A DNA stretch of 64,000 nt from Candidatus Omnitrophota bacterium (GTDB lineage Bacteria > Omnitrophota > Gorgyraeia > Gygaellales > Profunditerraquicolaceae), in the NCBI GenBank assembly GCA_022710715.1, contig JAKLGJ010000001.1:42041-106040 (forward strand), given 5' to 3'. Below, piece after piece: positions 45,801-49,244 of the stretch; position 1 is the stretch's first letter, and every line of letters starts with the position of its first letter. The translations under genes and the position numbers were made by a program. The notes below the pieces were generated by a model. That model was given only the letters and a program-made list of their open reading frames with translations, searched no databases and was not told the DNA's origin.

Positions 45801-47708
45801 AACGCTCCGACCACTTCCGCCGAAGGTTACTTCACCATGGTCTGGAAGGATACCACCAACAAGCTGCAAGCCGGCGTGGTTTACGCGGCGCTGGTCGATC
45901 TGATGAACTTGAGCGACGCGCATTTCAAGACGCCGACGTCCTTCTCGATCACCGAGACGGAGCGTTTGAAGAATACCGAAGAAGCGGTGAACAACATGGT
46001 CAATGTCACTTTGCCTTCGTTCCAGGCCACGGTACAGGGCACCTTGAATACGGGTCTGGCCGAGCAGAAGGATCTGATCGAGGAAAAGATGACCGAGCAG
46101 ACCGGTTTGCTCGTCGGTGACAAGACCAAAGCGGAGATCCTGGCGGCCGGCGGCATGGTAGGTATGGTGCAGCAGTCGCTGACCAGTTTCGAAAGCTCAT
46201 CCAATGAAGCCATACAGCGGCTGCAGTCCGGAGCCGATACGGCGGTCGAAGCAGGCCAGGAACTCGAAGCTACGGCCAAGAAGTATTCCTGGGATGCCTC
46301 TGCGGCTCCCAACCCGGCGCTTGCCGGAGACCGCGTTACGCTTTCCGTGCAGGGCCAGCCGGGCTGTCTGCCGATGTTGAGCGTATATACCTGGAACAAC
46401 AAGCCGGTCATGACCGATGTGATCCTGACCGAGTCGCGTCCGGGTTTCTACACCTATGAATTCAACGCCGATTCGCGGTTCGACGTAGGTAAGGCCTATA
46501 CCTATATCGTCAGCGAACAGTCGACCGGCGGTCTGGTATCCGGTTCGGCCATGGTCGAGTCCATGGGTATCTCCACGGTCGCCGGCCTTGCCGCGGCCGC
46601 TCCGGAAGCGGAACGCGCAGCCAAGAAGGCGCTGGACGCTATCCAGGCTGTAGAAGCGGTGCTGGTGTCCAAGGACAACATCAATATTGCCTCGACACTG
46701 CAGAGCCTGAAGTCGTCGGTGGATGAATTGCCGGCGCAGATAGCCAAGGAAGGGCCGAATACCCAGCTTACCGGCGCGGTCAACGATATCTCCGACAAGT
46801 TGAACAAGTTGCTCGGAGACGAAGGCGTTGATCTGGGCACGATGCTGGAGGAGAAACTGGGCGGTGAGTCGACGCTCAAAGAAATGCGCAATAAGACCGA
46901 TACCATCCAGGCAGTGGTAGACCTGCTGCTGCAGATCATGGAATCCAAGCTCGGCGGCGTGGATGAGCCGATCATCTCGGAATCCCTGCAGGCGGGGTCG
47001 GTGAAGTTCCGCATCGTCGTGGTCAACCCGTCGAAGATCAAGGTGCAGACGGTGAAGATCAAGAAGTATCTGCCTGAAGAAGTGCAGCTCAAGGATATCA
47101 TGGATGCCGGCGGATTGGACCTGGAGTACGATTCCGAGAAAGGCATCTATTACGCCTATAAGAACGATGTTGCGCTGCAACCCGGCGAATCCAGGGTGTT
47201 CGAGGTGGAAGTGGAAGACGTCTGGATCATTCCCGAAACCAAGATCACCGACCTGAAGAAGCAGGTGGAGAACGCCCTGCCGCGGTTCAAGAATACCGAA
47301 TTCGCCGCGCGCGTGGAAGAGATGGCCAGGACCGTTCCCGCGGTGCTCGAAGAGATGCTCAAGACCCAGCTGGACGAGACGGTCAGCCGCGAGCAGCATA
47401 TCGGCATCTATCGCCAGAACCTGCAGACGATCAAGCGGGTAACGGAGGAACTGGCGCGTCTGGATGCGATGATCAATCCGATGAAAGGCACTGCTACGCC
47501 GGAAGTGCTGGAGAAGAGCAAGTTCAAGATTAATCTCCCCGGCAAGAGCACCACCTGGTTGATCATTCTGGTGATCATCGTTTTTCTGGGATTGCTCGCC
47601 GGCGTGTTTTTCTTCGTCTGGCAGGCGCAGATGAAATCCGGCCAGGACGCGATCAAGGCTGCGGCCAAAGACGCGTTCCCCGGGCAGAAGCCTCCGGAAA
47701 AGAAATAA
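24879..47708 (+). CDS. Giant (7609 aa) cell-surface repeat protein: signal peptide, N-terminal modules, YVTN-type beta-propeller, about 70 tandem Ig-like (Kre9/KNH-like) repeats, coiled-coil region, C-terminal TM anchor
   Basis: SD GGGGAGG 8 nt before the ATG. Uninterrupted 22.8-kb ORF. The repeat consensus recurs every roughly 88 aa: TLTAPNGGExWxVGxxxxITWTxxGSIANVKLEYSTDGGxTYPxxIxASTDASTGSYxWTVPDAISTxCRVRISDxxDATVxDVSDANFKIKG. C-terminal TM LIILVIIVFLGLLAGVFFFVW, then a short tail. Confidence 0.85.
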   Translation: MNKKTIISRTSFAAIGLVFGLFLSLFFALPEASAVQIKKVQTGDVYFDTDDISQTVPIQAVDQTKTLILVYPNVDYNTSNYIYNSLFTVQFEADNSIVLNRDGANTGAYVRYYIIEFTDGVFVQRGISSFIYGNYNNTAYRIKEVILPTSIDPEKSFAVVNTRFNYTSSAYDEMTLVTGEIFDEDTMILERSSSYDANRTVNIVWQVVEFQTDAIVQSGNLTMPWNATSATVSLTDDPTDGTFSNLDYIPAGKTDKCWLFYQTRARANINGVEGRYAIRGDISAENQLTFTRAQGDGTTVNDENYIRWYLIRFTDESTKVQKDSVTVAAASDLAMETIPTAVDPSRAFPFIGVSGQANTTATYEDDIRFQPEFNVAKGVAFQPDGTTPAIWVAGFHSNKVYKFNADTGAYITSVTVGTEPVAVCYDSENDAIWVANYGSNNVTRINADNATVDGTVAVGTGPTDICFETITNSVWTANYVSATTGSVSKVDASAMTLTSTGTATYGPTSICWDQSNNYIWICYWTGTNTVQLGYWTCADNDLSNGLTARDIGNGSQAYTCIRYAPTNGIDGQTYNSIWVASLRYNFVMKIRCNALGTYYQYYPELAPSGMTWDPTTNRMWIANYASNKLTKMKSSDGTSDETNPDTDTNPFSVCYAATATPYIWVSNASARTLQRFDPTDSSNEGTFAISTSEDQLALKRANTANSSDINWQVIEFAPITVKSPNGGEVWHVGADPADTTITWKHADSLAGSTVDILLSQNGGTTYPLTITTGVNATADAFAWTIDNVEDGANPLQDDLRVRIIKTGTTTTDRQYDDSNGNFEIKGTIAVTQPNGGQTDWYVGDKDKKIQWSKTGDFDPAHDADYSFNIYLSEDGGDNYNYTVVTGLLQADVACGVADDTCEWTWDESNNGIPDKIGADRKIKVALNGEESAVNDVSDAVFSIRGVVTLTAPNGGQTWLATESNDITWTKKGSIASFTLKYSLNSGADYLATIDSSVDAATYCTGDTCTYPWNPTPEAAIGTAVRIKVISNEAVGLQVEDASDANLTIAASVQLDTPTGVDVWTATEGADITWTVHGVMDYVHLWWSADNGVSWTRITGDAGTAAAAGSYHWNSVAEGLVGTTCRICVSKRNGSGETEPSTVKSVSAAFVSRGKLILSSFDGGEMFLAGSAQNITWDAKGIGLGNVRIYYAADGSDFSSLLTDSTPASDETFPWPALPLTTTNTGKVKIELFNEPLVNDTSAGAFIIGTLVITTPDGDESWTVDASENIVWDSVKFTGNAHIYYSDDGGTDNYPHSITTVPVALSEEIKSWTIPDAIGTNLKVKIVSVDAPAVFAVSPGTFVIKGGFNVSTPAGTDKWEVGTQHNLDWVTHGTINNVDLYWNTNNGAWTQFGNDLSNGIGYANWTVPDAIGINTKIKVTNADGTVSAESAAFTVKGKLQVTAPVSGDVWYKGDTNRVVSWFAWGTVTNVKIEYKTSLAGGYTTIVANDPSHTAGNNSYTWAAGVADEKSETCYIRVSDANNAEVEAVSDAFSIRPKITVSAPVVGTDFTVGSDNANAVQWSINGSTKVSTVNVVYSTAGAGGPFDKTIASGVTAGDGQCNWDDVGDYIGNNVVVRVVDTGNSNVWGNSGVLGIKGSITLSQPVGSEDWKVGETTHNIVWGKTGTIGTVKIYADYGSGYEAVPVGTADAEAVSLWNWTPIPDHVSNTVKVKITDGDNEAKTFIESNVFHIVGGFTISQPGTLYATDPYTISWTASASGISKVKIDFYNGTSWSPVATDVNNDGTNGGSYAWTVPANTDSTACKLRVTSTTPDQPASASETAAFTVKVGKFTVSQPNTLITGDAYTVSWTSEAAGVSKVKIEFYNGSGWSDIATNQDNSGVAGGSYGWTVPGTTNSAACKLRVTATTPAQAGSASETNAFWVHGKIEFTGVTTPSPTVGEMWTVGQSEDINFKITGKIDNVDILYSKTGGEPYSYPVTSGLAVSSGENSHSWSIPTNQDILTKTQARIKIQDSLQTTVVAQSPLFGIKGTISVTAPVASDIFTYGGAPTNITWTYAGLIQNVKMSYSTNGLTYDFTINSGNAVAVTPSSFAWSIPDKILGDVVSVKVEDADNDQCYGVSGTFEIVGQLTLVAPVGGEKWSVGSTQNILWTPTGTFTTVRIEASADDFTSHMLDITRPAGATGVQQSYGWVIPSTLSNTMKVRVSDPDHHPETVKDVSDATFKILGSLDVTAPEAGQAWYKGETNKVISWDAFGTVTNVKIEYKTSGGGAYTTIVANDGSHTAGPNTYTWSAGVADENSETCYIRVSDATNYDDVYSVSAAPFSIRPVISVTHPLVGSNIAVAASYANAVKWSLNGSTKVSNVDIVYSTNGTAGPFDKTIATSVEAALGQKDWNIVSDTISGNVVVKVMDSTNNAAFGYSPVFNIVGQIAVQQPAAGVDWFVGATDKNITWTKQGTIGTVNIYADYNDAQGYQSIATGVDSATGLWNWPAIPDKVNNAVKVKVTDADNEAVVFGESAAFHIAATFAVTAPVNGNVWKIGESKSITWTCAGTAVSTVKLEYSTNGFVNETATVLIAAAAPNTLTYSWPIPDAITTSGKVRVSDPANSNANALSGGLFSIMGTLTVTSPNAGTESWDVGSTYPVTWTKTGSIPTIDVYYSHNNGTDWAKVNTVAINAALGTWNWAIDEATELTSGKSGLVRVMDTSYGTVYDDSNLPFELKGQVTVNTPSLNNISMLVGDAYNITWTKYGAVNNVQLHYSINGGIGGGGSYLAPNLIATVVSEPSSYSWTVPDAIGTNLRVRVRDAANANVWDESNNPFTIRGKVHVDYPNGGETFLVGETKQVKWTPTGTYSQVKLEYSTNAFADESQTVVVGTVGAGDTGEQQSYDWTVPDKISTSLKMRISDANDALVSDVSDATFTIKGALTLTSPTTGVTWIVGESQNITWTRNGSVALVKLEYSTDGGGNYTQTIAENVAGGSSPYPWTIPDAIDSDIRVRVSDMSDGTVKSESGDFTIKGKLTLTAPNGGEVLTVDDNFDITWTRAGSIANVKLEYSTNGFSSEAETVEIVASTNATGTPPASYKYTWAVPDAIDASVKVRISNAADPTVTDVSNNLFKIQGSFTLTAPNGAEKWSVGSGQSVTWTKHGSIVNAKLELSKNSGSSYPIIITNSTPAGGLSYSWTIPDQIATQCRVRISDADDATVLDASNADFVIMGTFTVTAPNGSEVWVVNTQQNIAWSVVGTVSNVKLSYSTDGGGTYPHVIIASTENSSPYNWTIPDAIYNTCRVRVADAANDDAFDISNGNFKIKGVLTVVSPNGTEVWPINSGHNITWSRVGSVANVKIEYSTNGFTDELQTYTIIASTPGVDLSYLWTVEDTPSSNCKVRITDVTDATVFDVSNAAFRITGNLTVTYPNGGEELIVNEVKNITWTKFGSIASVKVQYSTDGGSTYPVGKVIIASTSASNLSYSWTLPDDISSQCRVKISDVGDDSVADQSDANFTIKGSVTLTAPNGGQNWIVGANEDITWTRNGSFANVKLEYSIDNFTTPVVITASTNATGTPADTYKYTWSVADAISTNVKVRISDALNSSVSDVSDAAFTIKGALSLTSPTTAVTWLVGESRNITWTRTGSIANVKLEYSINGGGAYPNVIIASTPAGTGSYGWTVADAIGGDVRVRVSDALDATVKDESDVSFTIKGVLTLTAPNTSVSLVVDDPYTITWTRAGSISTVKLEYSTNAFADEAQVTVIAASTDATTGSYAWTVPDAIGTTLKVRVTNTADDTVKDVSDTTFSIIGSVLLTAPNGTEQWVVGDENNVTWTKHGSITAVKLELSKDGGTTWPVSITNSTPGGGLSYAWTIPDQISTQCRVRISDTSNVNVVDTSDANFAIRGGFTVTSPTTGSEVWVVAEVHDITWSSNGTISNVKLDYSTNGGTTYDYTIIASTPNTNSYSWTIPDAIAITCKVRVSDASNANAFDESNNNFKIKGALRVTSPNAGTESWSVGYSHPITWERTGQVQSINIYYSANAGGDWTKINGAVVDAALGTWSWDMSADTELSTTALIRIIDASDATVTDTSNNQFTVKGGLRVETPSAAGISLQVGNSYNITWSKFGNIAQVKIHYSTNGGDIGEGTYPDPANLIAIVDADELESLWAVPDRIGTNLRIRVMQSDNANVWDESDNAFEIKGKLQVLQPNGGEIWFVGDANDLQWRPYGTFTSQVKLEYSTNGFANEAATTLIATVPAGASEGTSTYSWTIPNAIGSGLKVRTTDANNATVTDVSDSTFTIKGKLLLQTPNGGETWVVGTVQNITWQTTGTIANVKLEYSINNGATYPNVIVASTDGSTGSYPWTIPSAIGTNLRVRISDVSDATVEDVSNATFTVKGALLLTAPNGAEAWQIGSTHNITWTRTGAIANVKLSLSIDGITYPTTIVATTDASTGSYAWLIPDNPGNTTKVKVEDVSDSTVFDISDANFKIIGSFTLTEPNGGEAFGIGTNRYVRWTKTGSIANAKIQYSTNGGANYDNTIIASTPAGGLEYEWTVADTPTTTARVKISDASDVTVFDTSDANFRIQGVFGVTAPNGSEVLTVGGTQTITWSCVGSVTNVKLQYSTNGGSTYDYTIADSIANSLEYSWTVPDSISTQVRVRVADVNDDTAADASNGNFKIKGAVLLTSPNGTENWIVGSSHDITWTRTGSVATVRLDYSKNGGSTYVDAITASVNGTGDPAGTYKYAWTIPDAIGTQLRVRIMDTSDSTVLDQSDANFNIKGALTVTSPNGGQNWIVSSAYPITWTRTGAIAAVKIDYSKNSGSTFPNPVVASTDASTGTYSWTIPDDLSTAVRVRVMDAADSSVFDASDADFAIGGAVTLNAPNGGQIWYVGAAQNVTWTRFGSIPQVKLEYSINGGFSYTNTIIAATDAAAQTYAWAVADAIGDQVRVRVTDTTNAAVTDESDANFTIKGILLLTSPNGAETWIVGEARNVVWSRTGSIANVKLEYSTDNGTTYPNTIVASTDASTGAYLWTVPDSIGANRKVKVSDVLDASVFDVSDAGFTVKGSVTVTAPNGGEAWGVGTQHAVTWTRTGSFLNVKIEYSTDGGVTYPSTIAASTDAAAGTYNWTIPDDISSGCKVRVSNVLDSTVADVSDTNFKIVGILNLTSPVGGERWIVATNHNITWTRSGTIANVKLEYSINGGGTYPNTIVASTPGGSLSFTWPVPDNITKTARVRISDVLDSTVLDTSDANFVISAGFTLSSPNGGEVLPVAGTHNIAWAPVGSATTVRLDYSTDGGSSYDKNISTSTANSGSFSWTVPDTVSAQCKVMVSDYNDIDAFDVSDANFKIRGDLVVTAPNGGEAWAVGTAYNITWTKAGSIANIKIEYSTDGGTTYPNLIVASTNASALTYSWTVPDTLSTNCRVRITDTGDAAVFDSSNASFKIRGAFTLTAPNGGEIWEVGTVQNVTWTMVGSIVNAKLEYSTDGGSSYVTTIVATTDASAMSYPWLIPNEITTQLRVRISDVSDASVYDASNANFKIKGVLRITAPNGGEDWDVGVSNNITWVTTGSVTSVRLDYSTDSGTTFPGVIVASTPAAAGTYAWTVPDAISVDVRVKITNLSDATVNDVSDADFKIKGRLTVTAPNGGEVWGVGSTETVGWSRIGSFSNVKIDYSVDSGGSFPNPIVASTPAAAGGYSWTIPDNIKTTVRVRVSDAADSTVFDISNADFKIRGNLLLTAPNGTEVWLISSSQAITWVRYGSISKVRLDYSKDGGSNYSFNICTSQDAGPQTYNWSIPDNPGTAVRVKITDEGDNTVYDSSNANFTIRGGFQILAPNGGEAWTVNSSHGIAWTTFGSYANVKIWYSKDNGSTWDIVNGNTLNSSPYVWTIPDAISTQCLVKIADVIDVDAVDTSDAAFIIRGQVNITSPNGGEAWGVGSSQTITWNKTGTIPSFKLEYSTNAFADESQTHLINGGIPGASVSYSWTVPDVIGTNLKIRVSDATDTAVTDVSDNPFRVRGALTVTAPNGGEAWIVGSSHSITWNTGGTIANVKVEYSTDAGSSWTIIAASAPNINSYAWTVPDAISSQCRVRVSDFTDSDASDTSNANFKIRGDLVITAPNGGEKWAVGTTKTITWTRTGSISNMRLEYSDNGGTTYAPIVASTTGSNYSWTVPDAITIQALVRIYDVSDMTVTDVSDATFKIQGSFTVTSPNGGEAWQAATENTITWTSNGSVNFVRVDYSKDSGVTWNEIVASTANDGEQTWFIPVEAVSVNNRIRVADAGDVEAFDMSNNDFRVRCSFTLTAPNGGEKWRVGRAYNIAWTKVGNPANVKLEFSRDNFVTDFNTIAAVASPVSPYSWTIPDYIHPGVKVRISDAADYGARDDSDAVFAIVGDVTVTAPVGGEQWIVDSQQTITWTSAGSITDVKIEYSTTGGASYNLIEGVPNSHSYLWTIPDTISASCRIRVSDLTYPDGNGVSTANFKIKAGFTLSAPNGGEIWTVGDAHNITWTNIGTVNNARLDYSTDGGTTYPSVIAASTANTGTYAWTVPDAISTQVRVRVGSATDVDAYDVSNANFKIRGAFQVTAPNGGELWRIALDYPIQWNTIGTIANVRILYSTDGGTTYPNTIVNSVANINSYTWHLPDTRTPTAKVQVVNPADTTVLDESDATFRIQGSLTMTAPNGGEEWISGDVHNITWNWGGTLPTVKLTYSINSGVTYPYTINAAAANGAGGEGAHSYAWTVPDTVASTCRVKIEDPDDSTVASASAADFKIRGGISITSPAGGERWVTNEVHNITWTDRGEIPTVKIQYSKDNFVADVHTIAAAAENTNSYAWTIPDDRSTTVKVRVTDTRDDTISGTSAGNVHIDYYTITWVLKDLLTNVGLTNLGVTEKATGTENVRWSQTGLTSPIVTQAPYGFWTTTWSATGYGDKGQNYTADSDQSFELYMETTAVHIWRAEARFSWNADTRELNATSWLERDGSIVTGVKSVLITIYDEDGTVITTMNAPTTSAEGYFTMVWKDTTNKLQAGVVYAALVDLMNLSDAHFKTPTSFSITETERLKNTEEAVNNMVNVTLPSFQATVQGTLNTGLAEQKDLIEEKMTEQTGLLVGDKTKAEILAAGGMVGMVQQSLTSFESSSNEAIQRLQSGADTAVEAGQELEATAKKYSWDASAAPNPALAGDRVTLSVQGQPGCLPMLSVYTWNNKPVMTDVILTESRPGFYTYEFNADSRFDVGKAYTYIVSEQSTGGLVSGSAMVESMGISTVAGLAAAAPEAERAAKKALDAIQAVEAVLVSKDNINIASTLQSLKSSVDELPAQIAKEGPNTQLTGAVNDISDKLNKLLGDEGVDLGTMLEEKLGGESTLKEMRNKTDTIQAVVDLLLQIMESKLGGVDEPIISESLQAGSVKFRIVVVNPSKIKVQTVKIKKYLPEEVQLKDIMDAGGLDLEYDSEKGIYYAYKNDVALQPGESRVFEVEVEDVWIIPETKITDLKKQVENALPRFKNTEFAARVEEMARTVPAVLEEMLKTQLDETVSREQHIGIYRQNLQTIKRVTEELARLDAMINPMKGTATPEVLEKSKFKINLPGKSTTWLIILVIIVFLGLLAGVFFFVWQAQMKSGQDAIKAAAKDAFPGQKPPEKK

Positions 47709-47718
47709 ACTTCCGCTG

Positions 47719-47757
47719 CGGAACCGTGTTGCACCGCGCAGGTGTAACACGGTTCCG
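47719..47757 (+). terminator. Long hairpin downstream of the giant gene (putative terminator or processing site)
   Basis: CGGAACCGTGTT...AACACGGTTCCG forms a perfect 12-bp stem, extendable to about 16 bp. No U-tract follows. Confidence 0.4.
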
Positions 47758-47878
47758 TAGTAAGCGTTCCGGACCCTGGATATGACCGCGTAACGTCGTT
47801 ATTCCGCAGCGAATATCTGCAGTTCTCCTGCCGTCGTAATTTTCTTTTTCTTTTTGCTTGCGTAGCGGCAAAAAAACG

Positions 47879-47887
47879 TGATATAAT
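47879..47887 (+). promoter_or_regulatory. Extended -10 promoter element (TGaTATAAT) upstream of the atp operon
   Basis: TGATATAAT at 47879-47887, about 58 nt upstream of the atpC ATG. A weak -35 (TTGCTT) lies 22 nt upstream. Confidence 0.35.
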
Positions 47888-47944
47888 AACTCCAACTTAT
47901 TGTTTGTTATAGAGTTAGCAAATAAACCCGAGGATATCTCGACG

Positions 47945-48178
47945 ATGTTCGAAATAGTCATGATCAGCCCGGAAGAAATCCTCTACCAGGGTAAAGCCGA
48001 GAGCGCGATCTTTCCCGGAGAGTCGGGAGTTTTTGAGACGCTTTCCTATCATCGTCCGGTGGTCAGCCGTCTGGTGGGGGGGAGCGTGTTCATCGATAAC
48101 CGGGAATATCCCATCCGGCGGGGATTAATGGGTTTCAGTAATAATAAAGCCACCGTCATCGTGGAGAGAAACGCATAA
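47945..48178 (+). CDS. atpC: F-type ATP synthase epsilon subunit, beta-sandwich domain only
   Basis: MFEIVMISPEEILYQGKAESAIFPGESGVFETLSYHRPVVSRLVGGSVFI matches the AtpC N-domain. About 77 aa, with no C-terminal helical hairpin. The ORF-track TTG start at 47900 is rejected. Confidence 0.7.
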   Translation: MFEIVMISPEEILYQGKAESAIFPGESGVFETLSYHRPVVSRLVGGSVFIDNREYPIRRGLMGFSNNKATVIVERNA

Positions 48179-48396
48179 TGGATAAAAACCTGGCATTGCT
48201 CCTGATCTTTCTGGCGTGTATCGCGGTGCCTTCCTGGGTTTTCGCGCAGTGCGGTAAGTCGAGTATCGCGGCCCTGGGAAGAAATCCTTCGGCGGCGCCG
48301 AAGGTCTTTACCGCGATGATCTTTGTGATGGTTTTCGCCGAAGCCGCGGCGATCATTTCCATGCTGGTGGTGTTTCAGCTGTTTTCAGGGCAATAA
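48178..48396 (+). CDS. atpE: F-type ATP synthase c subunit (atypical helix 1)
   Basis: 72 aa, two TM helices. ALGRNPSAAPKVFTAMIFVMVFAEAAAIISMLVVF resembles the RQPE loop and helix 2 with the conserved carboxylate (E). Helix 1 lacks the GxGxGxG motif. Confidence 0.65.
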   Translation: MDKNLALLLIFLACIAVPSWVFAQCGKSSIAALGRNPSAAPKVFTAMIFVMVFAEAAAIISMLVVFQLFSGQ

Positions 48397-48488
48397 CAAC
48401 GTGAAACTATACACCTTGCGCAAATTGCACCTAACGCTAATAAGGAATTGCGTTAGTGTGCCCTGTGGTCAAATTGCGCAAGTGTTTC

Positions 48489-48509
48489 GTCCCGCGGCTG
48501 CCGCGGGAC
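48489..48509 (+). promoter_or_regulatory. Perfect 9-bp stem / 3-nt loop hairpin immediately upstream of the atpF SD
   Basis: GTCCCGCGG-ctg-CCGCGGGAC, 3 nt before AAGGAG (48512-48517). Confidence 0.45.
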
Positions 48510-48524
48510 TCAAGGAGTTCTAAG

Positions 48525-49244
48525 ATGAATATTCTGATCCCGATGCTGGTGGTGCTGGTGGTGCTGTTCTTCATTATGATGCATTTTATGTCGAAAATGA
48601 TCAAAGGCGATGTGGTTTCTGCGACCGCGCATCTTGACCAGCAGGCCCAGGAATATGCCAAGAAAGACGCTGATCTTGCCAAAAAATTCGAAGAGCTCAA
48701 GCGTCAGGGCCAGGAGATCGTCGCCAATGCCCAGAAGGAAGCGCAGCAGAAGAGCGAAGAGCTTTTAAAGGAAGCGGCGCAGGAGAAGGAAAAGGTCATT
48801 GCCGCCGCCCACCTTCAGGCGGATGAAGTGATCAAGCAGGCGGACGCCGCCCGGCTGGCGCTTCTGGCGGACATGGACAAGAAAGTCGATGAACGCGCCG
48901 TGGTTAAGGCGGTAGAATTGCTTTCCCAATCCTTGCCGGAATCGGTGCGCAGCCACATGCATGAGCGCTGGGTCGCGGATCTGATCGGCACCAGTTTCGA
49001 ACAACTCGACCGTCTGAAGATCCCCGGGGATGTGCATATCGCGGAAGTGGTCAGCGCTTTCGCTTTAAGCCCCGAGCAGCGGGAAATGCTTGCTGCCAAA
49101 CTTTCCGAGAAGATCGGCAGACAGATGGAAGTGCAGGAAAAAGTCGATCCTGCGATCATCGCCGGATTGATCGTGACTATCGGCAGTCTCTTTTTCGACG
49201 GAAGCGTGCGGTTCAAGATCCAGGAGGTAGCGCGTGCCGAATAA
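48525..49244 (+). CDS. atpF: F-type ATP synthase b subunit fused to the delta (OSCP) C-terminal domain
   Basis: N-terminal TM helix MNILIPMLVVLVVLFFIMM, a long charged coiled-coil, and a C-terminus ...LSPEQREMLAAKLSEKIGRQMEVQEKVDPAIIAGLIVTIGSLFFDGSVRFKI resembling the delta C-domain. SD AAGGAG sits 7 nt before the ATG. Confidence 0.65.
   Translation: MNILIPMLVVLVVLFFIMMHFMSKMIKGDVVSATAHLDQQAQEYAKKDADLAKKFEELKRQGQEIVANAQKEAQQKSEELLKEAAQEKEKVIAAAHLQADEVIKQADAARLALLADMDKKVDERAVVKAVELLSQSLPESVRSHMHERWVADLIGTSFEQLDRLKIPGDVHIAEVVSAFALSPEQREMLAAKLSEKIGRQMEVQEKVDPAIIAGLIVTIGSLFFDGSVRFKIQEVARAE

Noticed and set aside
26922-47750. Very long antisense ORFs inside the giant gene (e.g. 26922-28991, 29304-31214, 33885-37478, 39000-40061, 41508-44711, 44811-45923, 46197-47750 on the minus strand; also the recurring ...EYSSLTL... 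small minus ORFs).
   Set aside because: They are periodic out-of-frame readings of the GC3-rich tandem repeats (same about 264-nt periodicity, low-complexity Gly/Arg/Pro-rich products, no recognisable motifs, no SD or start context). The + frame gives a coherent 7609-aa protein with signal peptide, domains and TM anchor.
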